DNA of 64,000 nucleotides, taken from assembly GCF_006345805.1 (NCBI RefSeq), contig NC_042997.1, forward strand, positions 102,796,001-102,860,000. Reading direction: 5' to 3'. The translations under genes and the position numbers were made by a program. The notes below the pieces were generated by a model, which had not been told where the DNA came from, made no database searches, and was given only the letters and a program-made list of their open reading frames with translations. Each line of letters opens with the position of its first letter. The first letter of the stretch is position 1. Origin of the DNA: Octopus sinensis (lineage: Eukaryota). This document shows positions 1 through 12,135 of this stretch, piece after piece.

Positions 1-52
1 TCACAAGCGAAGACTCAATGCAAGATGCTTTGCTGCTGTAGATGTGCATGAA

Positions 53-171
53 TTCTATTGGTCTCTTTTGCCGAACTACTAAGTTATGGTGATGTAAACA
101 CACCAACATTAGTTGCCAAGTGATGGTGGTGGGGACAAACACAGACATGCACATAAATACACGTGTGTGTG

Positions 172-235
<64 letters not shown>

Positions 236-402
236 CACACACACACGATAGGCTTCTTTTCAGTTTCTGTCCACCAAATCCACTCACAAGGCTTTGATCA
301 GCCTGAGGCTTTAGTAGAAGACACTTGCCCAAGGTGCCACACACAGTAGGATTGAACCTAGAACTATATGGTTGGGAAGCAAGCTTCTTACCACACAGCC
401 AT
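53..402 (-). mobile_element. tRNA-derived SINE family A (CORE-like) with internal microsatellite
   Basis: Reverse complement of family A (ggctgtgtggtaag...ccttgggcaagtgtcttc...gtgagtggatttgg) with an internal (TA)n/(CA)n tract. Confidence 0.75.
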
Positions 403-404
403 AT

Positions 405-725
405 GTGTGGTCATGGTTATGTGATTAAGAAGGTTGCTTTGTAACCACATTGTTTTGGGTTTAGTTCCATTATGTGAAACCTTTGGCAATTGTTTTCTGT
501 GATAGCCCTGTGCTAACCTGTACCCTAAGCATTTGTGTCTGTCTTTGTGTTTGCTTCTCACCACTGCACAAGTGGTGTTGGTTTGTATATATCCCCTTAA
601 CTTAGCAGTTTGGCAAAAAGATACTGATAGAATAATAAAATAAGCACTGATGTTGATTTTTATCAACTAAACTCTCCAGGGTAGTGCTACAGCATAGCCG
701 CGGTCTAATGACTGAAAAAGTAAAT
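405..725 (+). mobile_element. Diverged SINE family A copy
   Basis: Head plus tail cagcatagccgcggtctaatgactgaaaaag, similar to other family A copies. Confidence 0.6.
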
Positions 726-974
726 GAAGAAAAAATCTTAGCACCATAAAAGAGCTAAAGGCTTAGAAGGTGTCATTGCTGCAGACATTCAACCCCAATG
801 GTACTCTGATATAACGTCATAAACAGTAATAATATTAGGTATAAAGCTGTTTACATATTTATAATTTTCATGTGTTTTTATGTTGTAGGTTGCCATTCTT
901 GTTCTCTGGTCATTTGGCTAAATTTCTTTGATATTTAGTTGCAAGACCAAGAACTGACTAATTTTATTTTGTGA

Positions 975-1610
975 AGATGCATCAGATGTGTGTGCAAGAT
1001 AGATGACTGTGCTGGTATGGTCTTGTGTTGCCTTTGGATGTGGACAGCTGTCTGAAGAAGTGTCACACCCTAATAATGGAGGGATCCTGTGGAAGAGGTA
1101 GACTCAGGAAGACATGAGATGAGGTGATGAAACACAACCATCAAACATTGGACCCTACAGAGGCAATGACAAGCAACTGAGACCTTTGGAGATATGCTAT
1201 ACTTGAGAAGACCCAGCAAGCCAAGTGAGATCATAGCCATGGCCGATGCTCATTTAAAAGTACCCTTTGATCATCAGGCAATATGCTGTGCTTGAGAAAA
1301 ACTGTTGAGTCAAGTGAAATCGTAGTCATGGCTGATGTCAGTGCCGCCACCTGACTGGCACCTGTGCCAGTGACACATAAAAAGCATCATTCGGGTATGG
1401 CTGTGGCCAGTACTGGTGGTACATATAAAGCACCATTTGAATTTAGTCAATGCAGTGTCGCTCAACTGGTTCCTGTGCCCATGGCATGCAAAAAGCACCC
1501 ACTACACTCTCGGAGTGGTTGGTGTCAGGAAGAGCATCCAGCTGCAGAAACCTTGCCAGATCAGATTGCAGCCTCCTGGCTGATGATGGTGATAAAAATC
1601 AACATCAAAT
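975..1610 (+). mobile_element. RTE-clade LINE 3' remnant
   Basis: Degenerate coding for LxWYGxV...KKCHTL..EGSCGRGRxRKT, followed by a 3' UTR with repeated aaaagcacc units and a (GAT)n-like tail. Confidence 0.65.
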
Positions 1611-1611
1611 T

Positions 1612-2535
1612 CATCATCTTCAACATTTAATATCCATTTTCCATGCTGACATGGGTTGGATGGCTTGACAGGAATTGGCAACTCCAGGGGATGTACCAGG
1701 TTCTATAGTATGTTTTGGCTTAGCTTCATCTGGATGTCCTTCTTAACACCAACCACCCCGTATCGTGTACTAGGTACTTTTTACATGGCACCATAACCAG
1801 TGCTTTTTACGTGGTACCAACTCCTATACTAATGCTTTATATGTGGCACTTTGGTTTTAGGATCTCACTTCTGTTGTGGTGGGCAGGTCTTTTTGTGTAC
1901 AGTAATGCTCCACATATCTTAGTCCTCTGTCATCTCCTTCCTAAGGCTCAGCGTTTTGAGATCGGTCTTCATTATTTCTCTCCATGTCTTCCTGGGTCAC
2001 CCTCTTCCACAACCTCCCTCCACTTTAACTGTCCTCATCCATCCACATCACATGATGAAACCAGTGTAGTCTACTCTCTTGCACACTGCATCTAATTCCT
2101 CTTATGTCCAACTTCTCTCTCAATACATCAATGCTCTGTCACACACGCATCCTGACATTGCACATCCAGTGGAGCATACCAGCTTCGTTTCTCTCCATCC
2201 TTTGCATGTCCTCCACATTCAGGTTCCACATCTCATTACCATGCAGCATCCCAGTTCATACATATCATCATCGTTTAGCGTCCGTTTTCCATGCTAGCAT
2301 GGGTTGGACGGTTCTACCGGGGGTCTGTGAAGCCAGAAGGCTTCATCAGGCCCAGTCAAATCTGGCAGTGTTTCTACGGCTGGATGCCCTTCCTAACGTC
2401 AACCACTCCGTGAGTGTAGTGGGTGCTTTTTACGTGCCACCCGCATAGGTGCCAGACAGAGCTGGCAAACGGCCACGAACGGATGGTGCTTTTTATGTGC
2501 CACCGGCACAAGGGCCAGGCGAGGCTGGCAACGGA
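1612..2535 (-). mobile_element. Two RTE-clade LINE 3' remnants in reverse orientation
   Basis: catcatc tails at about 1612 and 2265, each followed by tccattttccatgct/tccgttttccatgct and reverse-complement RTE UTR or coding sequence. Confidence 0.6.
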
Positions 2536-2713
2536 ATCATACAATCTTCCCTTCACTCAGAGAGACTTTTTGTTGCCAACAGAGGTAAAAGTTCTCTGAA
2601 CTTTCTCCATAAATACCCAATTCTTTGTCAGAGAAAAAAGAAACCCAGTTCATTTTTGTATAAATTTCAGTTTTGTGAAATTAATGTTTTATAAACTACT
2701 TTTTTTTTTTCAG

Positions 2714-2923
2714 GTTGTATGTCCTGTATGTCGTGAAACCATTTTGTATGACTTAGACTCTTGGTTGAATGCTCCAGAACCTATTCAAGAAGATACTTCT
2801 TTCCAATTATCCACTAAACTCATTTCCAGACAAGAAGAAATGGCTATCATATTTGAAAGACAGCGAGCCAACGGAGGTCTTATTGACATTGAAGCTGAAC
2901 GTAATAAATACCTTATATCGGCA
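2714..2923 (+). CDS. RNF25: RNF25 (AO7-like RING E3 ligase) internal coding exon
   Basis: Acceptor tttttcag at 2713 and donor gtaagt at 2924, 210 bp, phase 0/0. Encodes VVCPVCRETILYDLDSWLNAPEP...RQRANGGLIDIEAERNKYLISA, matching the RNF25 RING end plus the conserved 'GGIIDLEAERNRY' block. Confidence 0.88.
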
Positions 2924-3329
2924 GTAAGTTGAATATTCTCTTTAATTTACTTATCTTTCTAGGATGTCACTTTGTTCAGTATAAATTATCTTCAGATTTT
3001 GTGATTTGAATGGGAAGCAAAATTTCGAATTGAGAATCCTCAAAGAAAAGCTAGCAATGTCATTTTAGTTAGCAGAAAAGAAGGTAAAACTCTGTTGCTA
3101 TTGGGATGGTGGCCATACTCAAAATGCAGGAAAAATTGGGTAGGTAGGAATGTAAGCTGCTATGCACAACAGATGCAATGGGAGCAGAAGCAGACAGAAG
3201 CAAGACTTTGTGTATGGCAGATGCATGAGAGTAGTTAACAGTAAGAGCACTCCTGAAATAAGTTCTTTCAAATAAACAGAAGGCTTCACTATTTATGACT
3301 TAATTAGCATGGGTTGTGGATGTTCTGAA

Positions 3330-3780
3330 AATAGAGTAGCCAGTATAAAAACAGAGTAGAAAGAGTTCTGGGAGATATTATTTCTGTTGGCAACAAGGGG
3401 ATTCTCTTTCTGAGTGACAAGTAGAATCTATGATGCATGTTTACAAAATGTAGTGTTGAATTGCAGTGAAACATGGGCTGTGAAGGCTGGAAATTAATGA
3501 CATGTACTTGCTTTGCTGGATGTGCTATGTTTGCATAAATGAGTGATGGAGCACAACTGATTCAGGGAGAAAAACTAGATATAAGAGGAATCAAGAGTAT
3601 GGTGCAAGAATAAAAAGCTCTACTTGTGTGGCCATGTTCAGCATATGAATGATGGCAGTTTGATAAAGAGGTGTAGAGTGATTCAAATGGATGCAACCTG
3701 CAAAGAAGGAAGATCTAAGAAGTGATGGAAGCTGATCCAAAAAGGCTGCTCCTTACCAAAATGATGAGACAGCAAATGTA
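3330..3780 (+). mobile_element. RTE-clade LINE fragment in the RNF25 intron
   Basis: Degenerate coding LLATRGFS...RIYDAC...VLNCSETWAV...GHVQHM, typical of the RTE post-RT region. Confidence 0.55.
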
Positions 3781-4692
3781 GGAGTGAATTAGCATCATGA
3801 ACCCTTTTGTCACTATATTCATATTGAAATACGTTGCCTTTGTTTCAACTAGTTTTGAAAATAACGAAGAATTTATTAAAATAACTTTATCATTATTGAT
3901 TTGGTGTTTTACATATAAATTAATGTGGAATTTTCATGGAATATCTTAATTTAGATCACTTTAATACACTGAGAATTAATTTCTTTTATAAGACCAAGGA
4001 TGGTTTTAGGTAGTTTGATATCAAAAATGTTAATATAAGCAAGTCTAAAGACGCAGCTTTTATAATTATACAACAATAATTTTATTTATACCATTTCATG
4101 AATAATCTTACTATATATATATATATTTGTGGGTTAACAAGTAGTCTTGTTAACCCACAAATATGGTTTCATGAAAAGATGGATCTTTACAATTGTTCAA
4201 GTATACCACATGGGTACAGTACTTGTTTCCTTTTGGATGAGAATACATGGAGTTACACGAATTTCTCATTCAAAATGGAGACAGGTACCAATGTTCCCAA
4301 GTGGTACATTTGAACAATTGTAAAAATACCTCTTACATAAAACCAGTGGTAGCCTTGTTAACCTACAAATAAAGAATATTCATCCACCAATTCATTGTTG
4401 GGTACTCATTCTCACTGTTTGATATTAGTGAGTGTATATTTGATGAGTAACATCTTATTTCTTTCTATTGAAACCTCATAAAAAAAAAATTCCATTACAT
4501 TTAGTATTATTGTTGTTGAAACCTCTCACTTCATGTTGTAGCTATTATTGGGAATTAAGAGAAATTATTGCCATGCATATGATAAAACCTAGCATAATCT
4601 TCGCTGATGTGATAGTGCAAATGATAATGATATTGCTCCTGCTTTCTTTTTGGTTGCATAGTAATTGATAAAATATTATTGTTTTATTTCAG

Positions 4693-5841
4693 GGAGAGTG
4701 TATTAATACCACTGCAAAAGAGACACTTGCTGATTTTCCTTCAGTGCTCAATGGTAACCAGTTAGGAAACTTTGATAAGAAGTCTGGGAAGTCACCGACT
4801 AGAGCTAACATCAATTCTGTTGAGGACGATAAGTCTGCCCCTAGAGATTACGGTATGCGTCATCACAGACGTGGTAACCAGAGTTATGGGAAAAACGGTT
4901 TTGGCGAAGGCAAAGGTAGATATTTTCGCAACAAAGAAAACTATAATGGGCAACGTTGTAATAGCCCTAACCAAAACAAATGGAACCGGACTGAATACAA
5001 TAACATCGAAGATTCCAATCTATCTTCTCCAAGAGGTGACCGTCCTCTTGCTAAGATGGATGCTCAGTGTTCAAATGATAAGCTGAAAAATGCTGACTTG
5101 CAGGTTCAAAACCATCAACATACTTACAAAGAAAGTAATGCCAAACCCTTTGAAAAGCAGCACAAAAAGTTTGATGTAAACCAAGATAACCGTAGATACA
5201 ACAACAAGTCTTCTAATCATTTCCAAAGGAAAGGAAACAATAATAGTTACAAAGATAAAGGATGTTTTTACTCAAATTCTTATAATAACAATTCTGGACA
5301 AGGCACTCAGGAAAAATTTGCTTATTCTCATAGACATTCTGATAAGAGCAAAGCTGTAAATATATCTAAAAATACTGCTAATCCTTGCCCAAAATCTGAA
5401 TATCATAACTCTCAGGAAACTCCGGTTGTGACGTCTTCGGACAAGCCCCAACACAGATATACAAGGAATTATCAGGAAAACAATAGAAAATACCATGATG
5501 ATGATCATGATGTACCAATCTCTTCGCCTCAGACTAGGAGTCATCAGGAGGATTTAGAATTACAAGGAAACAAAAACCGAACAAGAGCCAAATCTCAGAA
5601 CTATTTTCATAGCAAGAAAAACTATTATGAAAATGGGGATCACTCCAGGAAAACACCAAGGTACAATAAACATGACTGCTACGACAGTGATCAAAAATAT
5701 TTAGCTCACACTCGAAAATCCCACCTAAATGACCATTACTTCCAGCGTCGCTATCAAGGTAATAGACGAGATGGTCATTATCCACAAGAGGTCCACAACA
5801 TATCACCTAAACAGCAGGAAAATGAGGCACATGCCAAGTAA
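4693..5841 (+). CDS. RNF25: RNF25 probable last coding exon (long low-complexity N/K/R/H-rich tail)
   Basis: Acceptor gttttatttcag at 4692. GGA at 4693 is in frame with the open 4744-5841 ORF and phase-compatible with the upstream exon. 382 codons then TAA. Confidence 0.75.
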   Translation, partial: GECINTTAKETLADFPSVLNGNQLGNFDKKSGKSPTRANINSVEDDKSAPRDYGMRHHRRGNQSYGKNGFGEGKGRYFRNKENYNGQRCNSPNQNKWNRTEYNNIEDSNLSSPRGDRPLAKMDAQCSNDKLKNADLQVQNHQHTYKESNAKPFEKQHKKFDVNQDNRRYNNKSSNHFQRKGNNNSYKDKGCFYSNSYNNNSGQGTQEKFAYSHRHSDKSKAVNISKNTANPCPKSEYHNSQETPVVTSSDKPQHRYTRNYQENNRKYHDDDHDVPISSPQTRSHQEDLELQGNKNRTRAKSQNYFHSKKNYYENGDHSRKTPRYNKHDCYDSDQKYLAHTRKSHLNDHYFQRRYQGNRRDGHYPQEVHNISPKQQENEAHAK

Positions 5842-5959
5842 CTTATTAAAGTATACAGTTTGCACTCACTGTGGAAAGTTAACCCACATAATAATACTTC
5901 AATGCACTTTCATTCATAAAATTGTTGGATGAAACACTTTCCGGATTTGAATCTTCATA

Positions 5960-6370
5960 AACACTACATTACACACATACACACACACACGGGCACAGTC
6001 CTGTCTGATTTGTATGTTTGTAATTATATATATATGTATATATGTAGATATGTATGTATATACATACATATATGTATGTCTGATTATGTGTGTGTACACA
6101 TACGTATTTGTATATATATGCTTCTATACATATATATGTGTGTGTGTGTGTGTGTATGTATGTACGTACGTACGTTTCTATATATATATATATATATACA
6201 TACATGCATATGTAGATGTATGTTTGTGTACATATATATATATATATACATACACACACACAAGTGTGTGCATGTATGTCTATAACTCACACACACATAT
6301 ACACATGTTTGTGTGTGTATATATACACACACACTCATATATGTACATGTGTATATTTATTAGTGTGTGC
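5960..6370. repeat. Compound (TA)/(CA)/(TG) microsatellite downstream of the RNF25 stop
   Basis: Direct reading. Confidence 0.9.
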
Positions 6371-6667
6371 AGTGAGAATGTAAATATATCCAGGGAAAAT
6401 ACTGTCTACATAAGTAACCAAGTGTAAAGAAAAGGTTGAAAGAATTAGTCACCATGCTGGACAGTGGTCATTTGTGAACTCAGAAGGAAAAGGGCAGGAA
6501 AAATAAACAGAAAAAATCATGTTTTTTGTTTTGTTGCTAGTATTCTACATGGATATTATCTTAGCATATCAATGCAGACTTAGCTTAGATTACCCTTGGA
6601 TTATATATGTTTATATGTGTATATATGTGCTTAATGGTGTGTGTTTACTTAAATATGTGTGTGTATT

Positions 6668-6707
<40 letters not shown>

Positions 6708-7414
6708 ACACACACATATATACTTAACACACACAAAACTGTGTGTGCTATATGTATGTGTGTTCTGTGTTGTTTTTATTATGCAGACGAAACCCGTATT
6801 TAAAAAAAATTGCAAGGAAGGTAAAAAAAATAAGTTGTTAATTTATCTTGTTACTGCTGTAAACTTAAGAAGTTTTTGTATAACGAAAATGGAATTGAAT
6901 GATGCTTTTTTTTTTTTTCTTTCATTTCCTTTTTTTGATTTTTTTTGTCTCTAATTTATTCAGAGGAAAAATTATGTTACTTAAATACCTATTGTTAAAA
7001 AGCTGACCTGAAGGAGATACATGCGCTGGCAACTTGTCTTTCATAAAGGTTTTCGAAAATGAATTTCTTCGTGTGTGTGTGTGTGTGTATGTGTTGGTGT
7101 TAGTGTGTGTGCTTGAGTATTTGTGTGCATAAAAAAAATGAGTAAAAAAAAATACGCATCCACACACACTGTCACAAACTCTTGGTGCTGTGCTTACAGC
7201 TATGCATACTCAATGACTGGCAGCAAATACTCCTTAAAATATCATCTGAATACTCTTTATTCCTCTCCCTCTGCTCTCCTCACTTATTGTTGAAAATATT
7301 TTATGAAAACAAAATCTGATAGTGAAACAAAAAGAAAACAAACAAACAAACAAAAAAAAAAATTATACATATCTCTTCAATATTGCTATTCTTCTTCTTC
7401 TTCTTATAATAATA

Positions 7415-8560
7415 AGGTGGTGAGCTGGCAGAATCGTTAGCACGTTGGACAAAATGCTTAGCGGTATTTCACCTGTTGCAACATTCTGAGTTCAAATTCC
7501 GTCAAGGTCGACTTTGCCTTTCATTCTTTCTGGGTCGATAAATTAAGTACGAGTTGAATACTGGGGGTTGATGTAATCGACTACCCACCTTCTCCAAATT
7601 TCAGGCCTTGTGCCTAGAGTAGAAAAAATTATTATTATTATTATTATTGATAAAGTGGTGAGCTGGCAGAATTGTTAGCATGCTGGACGAAATGCTTAGC
7701 AATATTTCGTCCACCACTATGGTCTGAGTCCAAATTCTTCTGAGGTGACTTTGGCTTTTTGCCTTTTGGGGTCAATAAATGAAGTACCAGTGTAACATTG
7801 GGGTCGATGTAATCGACTTGTCCCCTCCTCCAAAATTTCAGGCCTTGTGCCTTTAGCAGAAAGGCTTATTATTATTATTATTATTATTATTATTGATATT
7901 AAGATGGTGGTTTTGAAGAATCATTAAAGTGTTGGACAAATAAATATACTTAGTGGTATTTAGTTATGGTTCTTTAGTTATGGTATTTAGTTATGGTATT
8001 TAGTTATGGTTCAGATCTCGCAGGTCAGCTTTGCTTTTCACTTTCTTGGAGTTAAAATAAACTACCAGTTGATAAACTGGAGTCGATGGGGTCAGCTAGC
8101 TGCCTCCTTTCAAGATTGTTGGCCTTGTGCCTAAGTTTGAAACCATTATTAGAATGGTGAACTTTTTTCCCGTTGAATTGAGTGTTGAGCCTTGGTTATT
8201 TGGCCCTTTATATTGTGGGTTCAAATCCTGCTGAGTTCGACTTTATCTTTCAATTTCCCCAGCAAGCTGGCAAAATTGTTAGCCCAATGGGTAAAATGCT
8301 TAGTGGCATTTCATCCATCTTTATGTACTGGGTTCAGATTTTGCCATGGTCGACTTTGCCTTCATGTTTTCTGGGTCAATAAAATAATTACCAGTTGAGT
8401 AATGGGGCCGATGTTATTGACTTATCCCCTCCCTTAACATTGCTGGCCTTGTGGCAAAATTTGAAACCACTAAAATAAAATTGCAGCTACGTACTGGAGA
8501 TGATGGCATTAATTAATTCCTGTTAGATTCTAGGTCTTGTACACATGTTAGAAATATCAT
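7415..8560 (+). mobile_element. Head-to-tail array of SINE family B copies separated by (ATT)n
   Basis: Units ggtggtgagctggcagaatcgttagc...gagttcaaattcc...gactttgcctttcat...ggccttgtgcc start near 7415, 7653, 7901 and 8262. Confidence 0.75.
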
Positions 8561-8924
8561 TATACAACCCATGCTAGGATGGAAAGCGGACGCTAAATGA
8601 AGGTGATGATGATGATCAAGTTGGTGAGTAGCAGCTATTATAGGGTTGTGACAAAAATCTTAATGGTATTTAGATATCTCATTTTATTCAGGATTTAAAT
8701 CTTTAGCTACATTTTTCATTTGTTCCTTTTTTTTTCCCTTGTTTTTACCCTTTATCCATCTTGGGTTGTTAAGATAAAATACAAATCAGATACTATGATT
8801 AGTTCAGTAATGGTCTACACTTCCTCCTTAATTTATGGACTATCCCAAATATTAGATGTTATAATAATAATAATAATAGTAATAGTAGTAACACAGTAAC
8901 ACTTCCAATCAGTTAAGATCAGAA

Positions 8925-9430
8925 GACTCATGGTTTCTGATCTTAACTGATTGGAAGTGTTATCATGCACATGTTTTGTCTTGGTATGAAAGATGGGCTA
9001 CAGCAAATATTCTGCTCAATACCACAGATTTGCTTGTCAGTTGTTTGACCATAACTGGTTGACAATATGTGCATCTCTGATCATGAGCAAGAGTTGTGGG
9101 CGAGCATCATAGCCATGTGTTGAGAGGAATTCTTTGGGGTTTGAATAATTCACCTCTGGAAACATGGGTGTTTTGTTCATCATCCTTAAACAATCCTCAT
9201 CCAGGGACCTTTTGGGCAGGATTGGCTACTCAACCTGAAGAAAATTCTAACAGGGCTCCACCTGCAAGGTCATGTGCTGTTTATCTTGATATCAGATCAC
9301 CATGCTGTTCAGATATGGTTGTGATGCATGTGCCTGGTGTAACCTTATGAGACAGGTAGTCATGATGAGTACATTAGGCTTTGTACATTTGTACCCCAAT
9401 GTCACACTGATGGTATGCAATACTTTCTCA
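8925..9430. mobile_element. (AAT)n-flanked repeat, copy 1 (homologous to 59585-60141)
   Basis: Colinear with 59614-60141 (ttctgatcttaactgattggaagtgttatcatg...gtcac). Flanked by (AAT)n. Confidence 0.75.
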
Positions 9431-10811
9431 ATAATAATAATTATTATTATCATCATTATCATGAAAGTGTTGAGCTGGCTGAATCGTTAGCTTGCCAGAT
9501 AAAATAATTAGTGGCATTTCTTCTGATTTTATGTTCTGATTTCAAATTCTATTGTAGAAAGAATTATTATTCTTATTATAATAAAGGTGGTGAGCTGGCA
9601 GAATCGTTAGTAATGAGATTAATTGAAATACCAACAATATGCTTTCTGGCTATTCCTGAAACTCTTATGTAGCTCTTCCCACTGTGTAATAGCCCGAAAG
9701 TGTATCGATTCCTCTTCAACTGTATCATATTGTTGTGGGGGTTTAAGATGGCTTGAATTCTGAGTAGTAACCTTATGTGGTAGTTTCATGCACCTGCCTC
9801 TATCCACATATACCCACATAACTATATAATGAATATCATGAAATTTTTAAGCAATATTATTTCAAACCATTTTTTAAGAATAACTACTGAGCATTTGTTG
9901 AAGGTGTGACTCTATACTCAGAGTAAAACTTATTAAGATCAAGTTGAATGGGAGTTTAATTTTACCCATCAGCTTAAGTAAAATAATGGCAGTTCTAAAT
10001 TCCATCCAGGTTGAACAAACTGATAGGGGAAACTTGAAGTTCCTGTCAACTTGAAGCATTAAGATATAGTGCTTGCCATATTTCTGATATTATACGTAAA
10101 GAGAAAATCTGCTGCTTTCCACCATTTCTAATACCACCATTTAACTTTAAAAAAAAAAATTATATAATAATGCCTATTATGTGATAATAATAATAATAAT
10201 AATAATGATGATTGTCCCAAATCTCGCCCTGGTTGATTTTTGCCTTTCATCCTTCTGAGAACAATAAAATAAGTATGGGTGATGTATAACTGTTGTTATA
10301 GTCCATTCCACTATTGAAGGCAGTCTTCAGCAAGCAGAAAGTCCAATGACTGAACTCAATGAAATAATACCTCATTAAACTTAGAATTTTGGATATGGAC
10401 TTGTTTTCCACCACAGTATAAATATAATAAAATATAAAATTTTAAAAAATAATAAAAAAAAAAGGAAAAAAGAAAAAAATCCATCTACATCCATTTTGAA
10501 AAGTAAAAAGATTTGTTGAAATTATTTGAAGATACTTTAATGAATTTTATCATCTTTAAATTGTGATGTAATGTTTGATTTGATATATCCTCATCATTTT
10601 ATTCACATCTGTTCGATTTTTTTTCTGTGATGGCATGGGTTTCAGGGATTCTCAGCCATTTTCTTTTTTGTCTATGGAGCCCTTTCATTACTATTTATGG
10701 TATAGAAGCAACTAAACCCTTCTTGTGTATAGGTGCACATTTCATGCAATCGCTAATATTAATATTTTTATTCCTATCTTTAAGGATTGCATTAGGGGCT
10801 GAAACTGTATA

Positions 10812-11157
10812 CTCTTTTATTTGTTTCAGTCATTTGACTATGGCCATGCTGGAGCACCACCTTTTTCATTGAGCAAATCGACCCCAGGACTTATTCTTTG
10901 TAAGCCTAGTACTTATTCTATTGGTCTCTTTTGCTGAACCGTTAAGTTACGGGGACGTAAACACACTAGCATCAGTTGTCAAGCGATGTTGGAGGGACAA
11001 ACACACACATATATACATATATACGATGGGCTTCTTTCAGTTTCCGTCTACCAAATCCACTCACAAAGCTTTGGTCGGCCCGAGGCTATAGTAGAAGACA
11101 CTTGCCCAAGAACCCGGAACCATGTGGTTGGTAAGCAAGCTACTTACCACACAGCCA
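10812..11157 (-). mobile_element. SINE family A
   Basis: Reverse complement of 36657-37008. Confidence 0.8.
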
Positions 11158-11862
11158 GTTGAATGTGTGTGTGTATGATTCAAGGATCAAGGTGTAGGAA
11201 GAAGGTGATCTTCAAGCAAACTGTAGAAAATATCAAAAACAACTTTCAGGAACAATAGTAGTTTATTGAGGCGGAGGGTTGTAAATTTTTTCCATATTGG
11301 ATTATGGTAAGCTGAAAAAAATTGTTTTATATTTCACGGTAGGTAACCAGGGTTGCCTACATGTATGCGAATAAAACTGTAATCGAATCGTCTGTATGTT
11401 GCCATGTGCTCTTTATGACAATGTAAACTTCATTTAATCAAGATACCTTTGGCCTGAAGAGTAGTCTAGTAGCCTGCAGTAGGCACTTGAGTTTCCACTT
11501 GCTATCAAACATATGTAGCCAGGATATTATGTATACCACTCCTTAACTCTCTATCTATCTATCTATCTATCTATCTATACACACACACACAAAGTGCTGG
11601 TGCCACGTAAAAAAGAGCACCCAGTGTATGCTGTTAAGTGGTTGGTGTTAGGAAGGGCATGCAGCTGAAGAAACCAAACAGATTATGGAGTCTAGTGCGG
11701 CCCCAGACCTTGCCAGCTCCTATAAAACTGTACAACACGTACCAGCATGGAAAACGAACTTTAACTGATATAATGTAGTGGTTCTTAAATCTGCCTTGAG
11801 CCTTCAGGTGCATTACGACAGCTTATCTAGTTTTTTGTTGGGTATAAATATATACGCACATA

Positions 11863-12135
11863 TACATTATTTACATTTGACGGATATTTGTCCTCATCTT
11901 GTTTGTTATTAACTCAACGTTTCGGCTTATATACCCTCCAACCTTCATCAGGTGTCTTGGGGAAATTTCGAACCTGGGTTCTCATTCCTAAGGTATTTTT
12001 GTTGTTGTTCAGGTCACTGCCTGGAATCGAATTCGGAATCTTGGGGTTTGTAGCCTGCGCTCTTAACCACTACGCCATATGCCGTCAAATGTAAATAATG
12101 TACATAATTCCTCATCTCTTAAATATAGAGCTGTA
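11863..12135 (-). mobile_element. tRNA-headed element with hammerhead motif and inverted tail copy
   Basis: Minus-strand tRNA-like head at 12083-12010. CTGATGA...GAAAC core at 11951-11919. Perfect 21 bp inverted repeat at 11863-11883 and 12082-12102. Confidence 0.65.
11911..11956 (-). ncRNA. Candidate minimal type I hammerhead ribozyme
   Basis: Minus strand reads GACAC-CTGATGA-A-GGTT..AGCC-GAAAC-GTT-GAGTT. Helix I has one mismatch and helix III is the palindromic ACGT. Confidence 0.55.

Noticed and set aside
12010-12083. Functional tRNA gene
   Set aside because: The acceptor stem does not pair well and the sequence is embedded in a repeat, so it is treated as a SINE head.
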